This document shows positions 21,870 to 32,302 of a stretch of DNA of 32,302 bases, in pieces. This DNA is from Chiloscyllium plagiosum (taxonomy: Eukaryota), in contig NW_025214896.1 in the NCBI RefSeq assembly GCF_004010195.1, positions 22,049 through 54,350 on the forward strand. The letters run 5' to 3'. Made by a program: the position numbers and the translations under genes. Below the pieces are notes generated by a model, which was not told where the DNA came from, searched no databases, and was given only the letters and a program-made list of their open reading frames with translations. How positions within the stretch are numbered: the first letter of the stretch is position 1; every line of letters starts with the position of its first letter.

Positions 21870-22331
21870 AATGCACTGGGGCGGTGTACACATTCCTACA
21901 TGCTGGGAGGTTAACTGATCCTACTTAACAGAATAATGCACTGGGGTGTTGTGCACAGTTCAACACGCTGGGAGGGTAACTGCTCCTGGTTAACAGATCA
22001 ATGCACTGGGGTGGGCTACACAGTCCAACATGCTGGGAGGTCAACTGCTCCTGAATTACAGATAAATGCACTGGGGCGATGTGCACAGTCCTACATTCTG
22101 GGAGGCTAACTGCTCCTGGTTAACTGATCAATGCATTGGGGGGGGTACACTGTTCTACATGCTTGGAGGGTAACTGCTCCTGGTTTACAGATCAATGCAC
22201 TGGGGTGTTGTACATAGTCCGACATGCTGGGTGAGTAGCTTCTCCTGGTTTAGAGAGCAATGCACTGAGGTGGGACAGACAGTTCCATATGCCGGGAAGG
22301 GGACTGCTCCTGGGTTTACAGATTAATTCAC
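21870..22331. repeat. 65-bp minisatellite, ~7 units
   Basis: AATGCACTGGGG-type anchors at 21870, 21935, 22000, 22065, 22130, 22194 and 22259. Consensus approx. AATGCACTGGGGTGGTGTACACAGTCCAACATGCTGGGAGGGTAACTGCTCCTGGTTAACAGATC. Confidence 0.95.
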
Positions 22332-23132
22332 GAGTGATCACTGCACAGGTCGCTGTGCTGGTCAGACGATCTGGTTGAAGTTTATAGATAATGCAATGAT
22401 GTGGTCTGTGCCGCTCCCGGTGCTGAACAAATATGTAGCCTGTGCACAGTACATCATGTTGGTGTGGTGGATAAGTGGGAGAGGTGATGTTTAGGTCAAG
22501 GAGTTCCCCGGAAAGTACTGTTCCCGACATTCGAAAACTGACATTCCCCGGAACATTCTGTCCCTGACATTGTTTGTGAACGGCCGGACGTCAGTGAATT
22601 GAACAAACGATAAGATCCCGAAGGAAGAGATCCCGTTCCAGGGAGAAGGAGACACTGTTCCGAAGGCCCCTCAGGCCATTAAGTGGATGAATACGTTTTC
22701 CCTGCGTTTACATTTCTTCACGACACAGAATCGACCACAATTTAGAACAAAATACAGAAATTCCCAAACTCCGTTTTGTCTTCAGGAAACTGGAAGAGAA
22801 TCCTTCAGGACAGCAACGTTTCCACCCTCCGTATTAGGAATTGGGAAGGAATGACCTGTGTCTGCTCTCAAGTGATCGAGTGTGTGGGTATGTTCTAGAA
22901 ACCATCTGTCCTTATGGATGTGTCTCTGTTTGTTTGGGAAGAGGGGGTTTATTGTGATTTATTTCACATTTTTGTCAGTAATTCAGACCTTCCCAATTGT
23001 TATTCCAGGTCCAATTATTTTAATAAATCCCTGAATACAAGGACACATTTGAAAATCTCACTGGGTCCCCAGTCAAACGGGTCCCTTTGCCTCCAGGCTG
23101 ATTGATAATGGGTTTGTTTTCCTTCCTCATAG

Positions 23133-24043
23133 TTAACGTAGTGACCATCTACGTCCTGCTCTATAAAGATTGCAGATTGTCTCCATGTGTCAGACGTTAC
23201 CTGGGGGCCATGGCAGCGGCGGATCTCCTGATCATTATCCTCGACATGATCCTGAGACACATTCCCATTGTTTATAGAGAACAGTTTTATTTCCTGAGGG
23301 TCTCCGTCCACGTGTATAATATCCACGCTGTCCTACTTTTTGCAGCCACTGACTGCTCTATCTGGTTCACCGTCACTTTCACCTTTGATCGGTTTGTGGC
23401 CATTTGTTGCCAGAAGCTGAAAAGTAAGTATTGCAGTGAGAAAACGGCGGCTGTGGTTCTGGGAGCAGTGACTGTGCTGAGCTTTTTAAAGAACATTTTC
23501 TGGTATTTTATGCTCATGGCTCGGTATCGGCTGGGGAACACCCCCTGGTTTTGTGATGTAACAGACGCTGTTCTAGCCAGCACTGTCTGGATCATAATCG
23601 AGTTCCCCCATTACATTCTAACGCCGGGTATCCCATTTCTTTTGATTCTGCTGCTCAATGTTCTCACCGTCAGACACATTTTAGTGACCAGCAGAGCCCG
23701 CAGGAGACTCCACGCTCACACCAGTGGGGACGCTCAGTCTGACACAGAAATGAGAAACCGAAAAAACTCTAACATTTTCCTGTTTGTGATCTCGGCCAAT
23801 TTCATCCTGTTCTGGTCAACGTTAATGCTGTTTTCTATGTGGAGCCGGATATGATAGTTTGGGTATCAGTCTGTGTATTTCCATCCCTTTTTGCGGGAAT
23901 TGGGCTTCATGCTGCAGCTCCTCAGTTGCTGCACAAACTACCGTGATTTATGCCGTGACCCAGACTAAGTTCAGACAGCAGCTGAAGAATGTGCTGATAT
24001 TTTCCTTTACCTAAATACATCCATTCTTCAAATTCCCTCATTA
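23133..24043 (+). pseudogene. Class-A GPCR pseudogene, main coding exon (chondrichthyan 'GPR139/GPR142-like' family)
   Basis: Acceptor TTTTCCTTCCTCATAG at 23117-23132 (phase 1). TM1 VNVVTI, TM2 AMAAADLL, TM3 FTFDRFVAICC, TM5 PGIPFLLILLLN, TM6 NFILFW. Consecutive stops TGA TAG at 23852-23857. The same frame continues GFMLQLLSCCTN, then a +1 frameshift at ~23939 precedes TVIYAVTQTKFRQQLK (TM7/helix 8). TAA at 24012 is possibly also premature. The N-terminal exon was not found. Confidence 0.9.
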
Positions 24044-24258
24044 ATCAATCCATCCGGGATTTTTTTTTTCAATTCAGTTCAGAGTTTCAGCGATGGAGCA
24101 GCTTGTCGCTATGGTAACAGACTGAGGGTAGCTCTGGTTTGTCCATCCAAATCCCACAGTGGGGTTATAGGGAAACGTTTCAATGTTTCTCACAACTCAG
24201 GGGCCACTGAGAAAAGGCACTATCCCACTGACTGTATCCATCACTTCCATTTGTAAAC

Positions 24259-24264
24259 AATAAA
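24259..24264 (+). terminator. Candidate poly(A) signal of the GPCR locus
   Basis: AATAAA lies ~220 bp after the coding end, with a GT-rich stretch at ~24302-24322. Confidence 0.45.
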
Positions 24265-24626
24265 AATGTTGATTAAAGCGTGCCGAGCAGCAGAGTGACC
24301 GATGTTGTTGTGTGTCTTTGTGCTGGAGAGAGACAGGCTCAGCCCCAAGTCCTGGTCCTTAGGGAAGGGGAGGTCACCGCCCTCTGAGCTCAAGAGCTGG
24401 GTTTAACTCCCTCTGTCCCCCCGCCACTCCAAGCTGGACTCCCCATTTCCTCTCCCCTATTGTTTCTCATCACTTTTCTCCCTCGATCTCTCTCGCTCTG
24501 CACACACTCTCTTTCTCACTACCTCGGAGGGAAAGGGAAGAACCAGGGAGACAATGTGTCAGACAGAGAGGGAGGTGTGGAGGGGGGAGAGAGATTCAGT
24601 CAAAGAGAAACGGAGGGTGGTGGGGC

Positions 24627-24628
<2 letters not shown>

Positions 24629-24672
<44 letters not shown>

Positions 24673-24677
24673 CACAG
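24629..24677. repeat. (GA)n microsatellite with GACA tail
   Basis: Directly visible. Confidence 0.95.
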
Positions 24678-24684
24678 TCAGACA

Positions 24685-26235
24685 GCCTTGTCTATTTACC
24701 CTTTCCTGCCCCTTTTGATTTTACAAACCTCTATAATGACACCTTCAGCCTCCAAATTTCCAGGGGATAAAAACGCCCAGCCTATTCAGCCTCTCCCTAA
24801 AGCTTAAACCCTCCAATCCTGGCAGCATCCTTGTAAATCTTTTCTGAACCCTTTCAAGTTTCACAACATTTTTCTTGTAGCAGGGAGACTAGAATTGAAT
24901 GCAGTATTCTAAAAGTGGCCTCACTAATGTCACTTACTCATGCACTGACCAATGAAGGCATGTGTGCCAAATGCCACCCACACCACCCTGTCTACCTGTG
25001 ACTCCATTTTGAAGGAACTATGAAAGTGTACCCCTTGGTCTTTTTGTTCAGCAGCACTCCCCAGAGCCCTACCATTAACTGTATAAGTCCTGTCCTGATT
25101 TGTCTTATCAAAATATAATACCTCACATTTATCTAAATTAAACTCCATCTGCCGCTTTTTGGCACATCTGATCAAGGTCCTGTTGTACGCTGAGGTAAAC
25201 CTTCACTGTGCAATACACTTCCAGTTATGGTGTCATCTGCAAACTTTGCCACCATGCCTCCTATATTCACGTCCAAATCATTTATATAAATGACGAAACG
25301 CAATGGACCCAGCACCAATCCTTGTGGCACACCTCTGGTCATAGGCCTCCAGTCCAAAACATAATCCTCCATTACCACCTCTGTCTCCTACCTGCAAGCC
25401 AATTTTGGCAAAAATGGCTAGCTCCCCCTGGATATTATGACATCTAACCTTGCCAACCAGTTTGCCATGTGGAACCTTGTCGAACACCTTGCTGAAGTCC
25501 ATATAGACAATATCTATTGCTCTGCCTTCATTAATTATTTTTGTCACTTCAAAAAATACAAACAAGTTAGTGAGACACCATTTCTCATTCTCAAAGCCAT
25601 GCTGACTATCCCTAATCAGTCCATTCCTTTCCAAATGCATGTAAATCCTGTCCATCTGAATCACCTCCAACAACTTACCCACATAAGGTTCACTAGTCTA
25701 TAGTTCCCACCTTTCTTAAATAGTGGCACCACATTAGCCAACCTCCAATCTTCTGGCACCTCACTGTGACTATTGATGATACAAATTTCTCTGCATGGGG
25801 CCCAGCAACCTCTTCCCCAGCTTCCCGCAAAGATCAGATCCTAGGAATTTATCCACCGTTACGCATTTTAAGCCGTCGAGCATCTCCCCTTCTATAATAT
25901 GGATAATTTTCAAGAGATCACTATGTATTTCCCCAAATCCTTTTAACTTCCCTGTCCTTTCCACAGTGAATACAGCCACAAAATACTTGTTTGTAATCTC
26001 ACCCATTTCCTATATTCTGCACGTAGATGGCCTTGTTGATCTTTGAGGGCCCTATTCATTCCCTAGTTATGCTTTTTCCCTTCGAATACTTGTAGAAATT
26101 CTTTAGATTCTCCTTAAACCTATTTCTCAAAGCTAATTCATGCTCCCTTTTTGCCCTCCTGATTTCCCTATCAAGTATACTCCTATTCCCTCGTTCTCCT
26201 CTTTGCTCGATTCCAACTGTCTATGCTTGACATGA
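24685..26235 (-). mobile_element. CR1 LINE ORF2 internal fragment
   Basis: Minus ORFs LIRDSQHGF..CLTNL..DIVYMDFSKVFDKVPHGKL, GVPQGLVLGPLRFVIYINDLD..KFADDT and QMEFNLDKCEVLYF. Confidence 0.93.
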
Positions 26236-26309
26236 GCATGAAAGATTTTGAACATTTATTTTAAGGATATTCCTTATACAGAATATTGACATTTCTGAGC
26301 AAGTTATCC

Positions 26310-26900
26310 CAATACCTGAACCATGCAGTTTGCAACTTGTGCATCATATTTGACCCAAAGATGTGCTAATGTCAATGCATCCATGTTACCTCTGAGTGTC
26401 TATTTGAATCACTATAGCTTCATCCCAGCCTCAGCTCATCTGTAGCTTCATCCATGCCTTTGTTATCCATGAAGTCGATGAAGTCTAATGCACCGCTGGC
26501 TGACCTCCAGCCTTCCATCCAGTATAAACTTAAGATTGTTCAAAACTCTGCCTTACTTAAACATGTCCTTATTCAAGTCGTCATGTTCATCCATCACCTG
26601 TTTGCTGGCTGACTTATATTGGCTCCTAGTTGAGTTAAGCCACAAACTGTTTTTAAAAACCTTGTCTTTGATTTCAAATCCTTTCATGGCTTTAGCCTTC
26701 CCTTTCTCTGTAATGTTTTCCAGCCCTACAACAATCCGCGATGTGCCATAATCTATCATCATGAGCATCCTTGATTTTAACTGTTGTTGGTAGCTGTGTC
26801 TTTAGTTGCCTAGCACCTAAGCTCTGGAATTTCTTTCCGAAACTAATTGTCCAAATGTGCACGTGCACACTCTGTAAAGTTCTTTCCTTAGTTAAAGGAT
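26310..26900 (+). mobile_element. Old L2 LINE RT C-terminal fragment
   Basis: Decayed VCNLCIIFDP..FIHAFVI..SNAPLADL..VQNSA..SITCLLADLYWLLV..SNPFMALA, matching L2 motifs NLGVIFD, IHAFV.SRLDY.N and LHWLP. Confidence 0.75.
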
Positions 26901-27000
26901 AGCTTTCATTGCTATCAAGCTCACTAGACAAGTATGCTTTATGCATTGTATAGGGCTATAGATTGTGTAAATAGGTCTATATTCACTGCAGCTTAGTCCT

Positions 27001-27342
27001 CTAATTGAGACTTACAAGATCCTGAGACGACTTCACAGGTTGGACACTGAAAAGCTTCCCCATGTGTGTGTGAGAGAGAGAGAGTAGAACTAAGGACGCA
27101 ATTTAAAAATAAGGATTTTTCCATTTAAGGCAGATCCTGAATCTTTGGAATTCTATACCTCAGAGAGGTTGAAGCAAATACCCTTCTTTGCCACAAAAAC
27201 TTTCAATGTATCAAAGGTAATTTGAGGGAGGCAGGAATGTGGAGTTGACACCACAATTGGATCAATCACAATTTTATAGAACGGCTTGAGGGACTTAGTG
27301 ACCTCTTCCTACTCCTAGTTTGCATGTTTGTTTGTTTGTATG
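27001..27342 (+). mobile_element. Old CR1 3' end
   Basis: LIETYKILR..., then a decayed 3' UTR GACCTCTTCCTACTCCTA and a (TGTT)n tail. Confidence 0.65.
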
Positions 27343-27420
27343 TAATTTACCAGGAGGTTTAATGTAAGCAATTGTGGTAAAATATCCTAACTCTGAACTG
27401 AAAACGTTATTTTCTTTCAG

Positions 27421-27518
27421 TATTACTACAGTATTAAGGATATCAGCATAGGTGGACGTTGTGTGTGTAATGGTCACGCTGATGTGTGTGATGCTAAGGA
27501 CTTATCGAATCCATACCG
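27421..27518 (+). CDS. LAMA5: Internal exon of a laminin alpha chain (end of LN domain, start of first LE/EGF repeat), best fit laminin alpha-5
   Basis: Acceptor TATTTTCTTTCAG ends at 27420 and the donor is CG|GTGAGT at 27519. The exon is 98 bp, phase 0 to phase 2, with no stops: [45 protein letters not shown] is the laminin-alpha LN C-terminal motif. CDAKD..P(F/Y)R matches alpha-5 better than alpha-3 or alpha-1/2 as I recall them. Confidence 0.9.
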
Positions 27519-27919
27519 GTGAGTATTGAATTATTTCCTACCAATCTAGCAAGCTTCAGCTATCCACTAATTCATGATGGTTTTAAATGGAAGGCTAGTT
27601 TTCTGAATGCTTTCTCAGATTTTATTACTAATGAAAGAAGATTTAAAACCAGAAGAGTTTTTGTTATCCAGGCATTCCAGTGTTAAATTTCCTAATTCAT
27701 TGAACATAGGGCCACGCTTATTGCACCTTGTACTTTTGAAAATAAGGAATTGTGTTCAGGATGTCTTTGCCTTTTGCAATACAAACCCTCCAGTACTTTG
27801 TCTAATTTTTGTCTAAGGTTTTTTGAGAGTTTGGTCTGAGATTTGTTTTATACTATGTTAAATAACTAGTTAATGCTGAATTCTTAAGTGTAGGATCCAC
27901 ATACTCTCTGGGTTTACTG

Positions 27920-28140
27920 ACTAAAGAGAGAAGCTATTTCTTCTGATGTGAGAGTTCAGAGCAAGGAAGAGATGAGCACTAAATTAGAACAAAGCCATTC
28001 TGGGGTAATATGAGAAACCACTTTCTCATTATTAGTTGTGGCGATCTGGAACTCTTGTCCTCAAAAAGCTTTTGAGTCAAGGTCGATTGAAAAAGTTCAA
28101 AATAGAGGTCGGTATATTTCTGTTAGAATGTTATAAAGAT
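27920..28140 (+). mobile_element. Old CR1 3' ORF2 fragment
   Basis: AGAGAGAAGCTATTTCTTCTG..GAGAAACCACTTT..GTTGTGGCGATCTGGAACTC resembles a decayed RVVxLWNSLP region. Confidence 0.55.
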
Positions 28141-28149
28141 TGCGCAAAC

Positions 28150-28525
28150 ATTATTTGTTGTTGTTCACTTATAGAATGTGAGCGTTGCTAGCCAGCCCAT
28201 CCCTAGTTACCTTTTGAACTGGGTGACTTATGAGGCCATTTCAGAGGGCAGTTGTGAGCCAACTACATTGTAGTGGGTCTGGATAGAGACCAGACTGGGT
28301 AAGGATGGCAGATTTCATTCATTGTAGGGCACTAATGAACCAGATGGGTTTTTCTTACAATCGATAATGGTTTCATGGTCATCAGTAGATTCTTACTTCC
28401 AGATTAATATTAACTTCAAATTCCATCATCCGCCAAAGCGGAATTTGAACCCGTGTCCCCAGATCATCGGCTGAGTTTTTGGAATGGTAGCCTAGCGATA
28501 ATGCCAGCAGGTCGTTGCTTCCCTA
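28150..28525 (-). mobile_element. tRNA-derived SINE, near full length
   Basis: The minus strand begins GGGAAGCAACGACCTGCTGGCATTATCGCTAGG (A-box region) and has a B box GGGTTCAAATTCC. The body is AAAAACCCATCTGGTTCA..CCAGACCCAC..CTGCCCTCTGAAATGGCC, followed by a LINE-like tail and an A-rich end. Confidence 0.75.
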
Positions 28526-29703
28526 TTCAGTGATTTGTAACTAAGACTGATAAATGGAGTCTCAGTCATGGCTGATATATATCTTACTGAATTCAGGAAA
28601 GGACTTGGGAGTAAGCCATTTAGCCGCTTAGTTATTAATGAGTAGGAGTGGCAAACACTGGTTAGCGTTGACTGCTGTGCCCTTGGTTCAGGATTATCAG
28701 CAGTCATTGTTTATTTCTCCCCCAACTTGCTGCACTCAGACCTTACGAGTGATCTGTGAATTCATGATTTCCCAGGGTTAAATGGACGCTTTTGCTTTTA
28801 AAACAGAGAAAAAGAAGCAAAAAAGCATATTTCTTAAAACTCAACCACAGAAAATGAATGCTAAGGACAAATAAAATACCCGCTTCTGGAATTTTTGGGA
28901 ATTTGTTGAAGTAGAACCCGAAGGGAGACTACATCTTATTAAACATCAAAGGCAGCTGACAGGAACGAAATGAGGAAATTTGGAAGGGGAAGGTGATTTG
29001 ACTAATGGAGCTCAACATGAAAGCCATATCACAGTTCTCTATCATCATTAACTTGGTGCAGAGATAATGGGCTAAATGGCCTCCTATACAGGAATGTTTC
29101 AGTGATTGATCCTTGATTGAATTAAACTGATGCATAAAGTCATAGAAATGTGTAACTCATCAAGCCATTATACTCTTCAAACAAATTGTTGCTCCATCTG
29201 ACTTGAATCATTCATTTCACCCCCAAAGCCCAAAATCTTGCTATTCAGACTGTACCACATCTATCACTTATTTCCTTGCTTTAAGAAGTCATGCCAAGGA
29301 TGGCTTGCAAGAAGCGATGTGACTGCTAAATACTTTATTTGAGGTTACTGACTATGTTGAGTGAATAAATCAAATACCAATCTTCTACCATGAAATGTCA
29401 GCGTTTTTAGCCCTGTGTTTCTGGATTAAATACTGTTTATTTTTCCAGCACAAGAATAGTAAATGATTGGCCTTGCTTAATTCCATCTAAGCACACTGGA
29501 AAGTTGGAAGGGAAAAGAGTTGTTAATATCTGTCTTTTAGCATACAATCAATACTTTTTCTTCAGTGACACAGTTAGCTTTTGGAGTGTAGATGTAACAA
29601 AAGAAAGCAGCAACATTTTCTGTTGAGATGTTCGATACTGACTGTCTCATCGAGACTTGAAAACCTCTGAATCTTTTAACTGACTGGCATTAACCCGGAG
29701 GAG

Positions 29704-29917
29704 AAAGTGAGGACTGCAGATGCAGGAGATCAGAGTAGAGAATTTGGTGCTGGGAAAGCACAGCAGGTCAGATAACATCTGAGGAGCATGAGAATCAACG
29801 TTTTGGGCTAAGCCCTTCATCAGGAATGACTGACTAAGGGCTTATGCCCGAACCATTGACTCTGCTGCTCCTCAGGTGCTACCTGACCTGCTGTGCTTTT
29901 CCACACCACACACTCAA
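29704..29917. mobile_element. Palindromic mini-PLE insertion with 16-bp TSD
   Basis: Two inverted PLE termini meet at ~29828. TSD CATTAACCCGGAGGAG (29688-29703) and CATTAACCCAGAGGAG (29918-29933) differ by one CpG-type mismatch. Confidence 0.88.
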
Positions 29918-30724
29918 CATTAACCCAGAGGAGTCATTAATGCTGATGTCCTCAGTGAAAGCATTGTTAAACCCACATTTGGAGCAAGCTGCATTCTCTC
30001 CCATTGAAACTCATCCTTCATTTTTCTGTTCTAGCGGTTAGACGTTCATTCGGTCTCCAGTCCAAAATGTCAGTGGAACTTTGTCAGTAAGGGAATGGTG
30101 ACCTTGTTCCATTCAATTACACAAAACCCATTTCTCATTGGCTTTCCAAATAAATTCTGCAGCTTGTTGCTTAGGAATTTCTGAAATGTGTTCGGCAAGA
30201 AAACTGGGGCATATGCCAAGCACAGCATCTTTAATTGTTTGCAGTTGACTTCACTCCCTCTAGAAAGAATCTAATCATTGCACGAGCTTCAGGCCAATAC
30301 TGTTTTAAACTCTCAGACTCATACTCATTGAGAAATACACTTTTCAGTGATGATAGTGGTAGGTAGCATTTTGTGAGCTACTGTTGGGACTTGCCGTTTA
30401 GCTCGATCTTTGCAAGACTCCATGCCTCAAATGTGAAGCTGAAGCCATGTCAGCAAGAATTAATCTTGTTTAACTAGTGCCATAAATAACATTGCAACTT
30501 TTCTTCCTTTTTAAAAATCTGTGGTTGAGTTGTCAAATTCTTTGAGCCACAGATTTGTAGATGTTTGATATGAAATATTGATGTCAACCTTGACTAAGTG
30601 GTAAAACCCTCGACTCTGAAGCTGAAATTATGATTCCTCTGGGGTGTTTCTTCCAGGACCATGATCTTCCCTGCAAATTATACATTTAAGTACGTTGGGT
30701 CTGAGGCATCCAATCCAGATCATT

Positions 30725-32302
30725 ACATAGAACATAGAAAAGTACAGCACAGTACAGGCGCTTTGGCCCATGATGTGCCAAGGATTATTCCCAATCTAAA
30801 ATAGAATAAAATAAAATAACCTAACCTACGCACCCCTCAATTCACTGCTATCCATGTGCATGTCCAGCAGTCACTTAAATGTCCCTAATGACTCTGCCAG
30901 CGGTGGTGGTGGAAGCAACGCATTCCATGCATTCACAACTCTGGTCAAGAACCTACCTCTGTCTCCTCTATACCTTCCTCCCTGTATCTTAAAACTATGA
31001 CCCCTCGTGCCAGTCAGCCCTGCCCTGGGGAAAAGTCTCTGACTATTGACTCTATCCATGCCTCTTGCATACTCGATCAGGTCACCTCTCTTCCTCCTTC
31101 TCTCCAGCGAGAAAAGTCCGAGCTTAGTCAACCTCTCTTCGTAAGTCAAGCCCTCCAGTCCAGGCAGCATCCTAGTAAACCTTCTTAGCACCCTCTCCAA
31201 AGCCTCCATATCTTTCCTATAATTGGGCGACCAGAACTGGGCACAATCTTTCAAGTGTGGTCTCACCAGAGTTTTGTAGAGCTGCAGCAAAACCTCGCAG
31301 CTCTTAAACTCAATCCCCCTGTTAATGAAAGCCAAAAAAGTATATGCTTTCTTAATAACCCTATCCACTTGGGTGGCAAATGTGAGGGATCTTTGCACTT
31401 GAATAGCAAGATTCTGCTGTTCTTCCACACTGCCAAGAACCTTGTCTTTAATCCTACATTCAGCATTCAAGTTCAACCTACCAAAATGCATTCATTTCGC
31501 ATTTAAACAGGTTGAACTCCATTTCTCAGCCCAGCTCTGCATCCTGTCTATGTCGCACTGCAGCCTGCAACAACCCTCGATACTATCAACGGCATCTCCA
31601 ACCTTTGTGTCATCTGCAAATTTACTAACCCACCTGCCAAACTCCTCATCCAAGCAATTATAAAAATTACAAAGAGCAGAGGACCAAGAACAGAATAGGC
31701 AGAGGACCAGGCAGAATACTTTCTACAACCACTCTCTGCCTTCTGTCAGCCAACCAATTTTGAATCCAGATAGCTAAATCTCCCTGTATCCCATACTTCC
31801 TGACTTCATGAATGAGCCTACCATGGGGAATCTTATCAAATGCCTTGCTGAAGTCCAAATACACCACATCCACTGCTCGACCATTGTCGACCTGTCTTGT
31901 CACCTCCTCAAAGAACTCAATAAGATTTGTGAGGCATGATCTGCATCTAACAAAGCCATGTTGACTGCTTTTAATCACGCTATGCTTTTCCAAATAATCA
32001 TAAATCCTATCTCTCAAAATTCTTTCCAAAACCTTGCTGACCACAGATGTAAGACTGACTGGTCTGTAATTGCCAGGGATTTCCCTATTACCCTTCTTGA
32101 AAACAGGAACAACATTCATCTCCCTCCAATCCTCCAGTACGACTCCCATGGAGAGTGAGGAAGCAAAGATCTTCGCAACCAGCTTAGGAACCTCCTTTCT
32201 CACTTCCCTGAGCAATAAATCTGGTCTGGCCCTGGAGACTTATTAATCGCAGTGTTTCCAAATTTTCCAGCACATCAACTTCATCAATCTTGATCTGTTC
32301 AA
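30725..32302 (-). mobile_element. Relatively young CR1 LINE (3' 1.6 kb; runs off the window)
   Basis: Long minus ORFs ..VVPVFKKG..GNYRPVSLTSVVSKVLE..SQHGF..VVYLDFSKAFDKIPHGRL and ..LLQLYKTLVRPHLKDCAQFWSP..TRGHSFK, with a (CATAGAA) tail at the left end. It carries frameshifts and an internal deletion. Confidence 0.95.

Noticed and set aside
21870..22331. Regularly spaced repeats resembling a CRISPR array
   Set aside because: Whole units are homologous with no unique spacers, the context is vertebrate, and there are no cas genes. It is a minisatellite.
22555..22602. Peptide LFVNGRT resembling the laminin LN motif SLVNGRP of the preceding exon
   Set aside because: Only four residues match, a stop follows within four codons, and there is no suitable acceptor.
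23102..23132. ORF-track start of the 250-aa GPCR ORF
   Set aside because: It is the polypyrimidine tract and acceptor of an intron, not a real N-terminus.

Overview
Repeat-dense vertebrate genomic DNA, almost certainly from a cartilaginous fish. An HE1-type V-SINE, shark-type CR1/L2 LINEs and a shark-type 'GPR139-like' receptor support this; a carpet shark is a guess. No intact multi-exon gene lies fully inside the window. Host-gene content is (i) a disabled class-A GPCR coding exon (+, 23133-~24043, in-frame stops and a frameshift) and (ii) one clean 98-bp laminin alpha exon (+, 27421-27518, [33 protein letters not shown], best fit LAMA5), which the ORF track missed. I could not find its neighbouring exons in the window. 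The rest is mostly decayed mobile DNA: a Gmr1-like Gypsy LTR retrotransposon (integrase before RT, 3685-8881), a solo LTR, many CR1 and L2 fragments, tRNA-derived SINEs, two minisatellites and at least six Penelope-like element (PLE) remnants. Several PLE remnants are short, TSD-flanked and often palindromic, and they carry decayed minimal hammerhead-ribozyme motifs. Boundaries of old repeats are approximate (read by eye, no alignment tools). Almost all ORFs in the supplied track are repeat fragments or chance ORFs.
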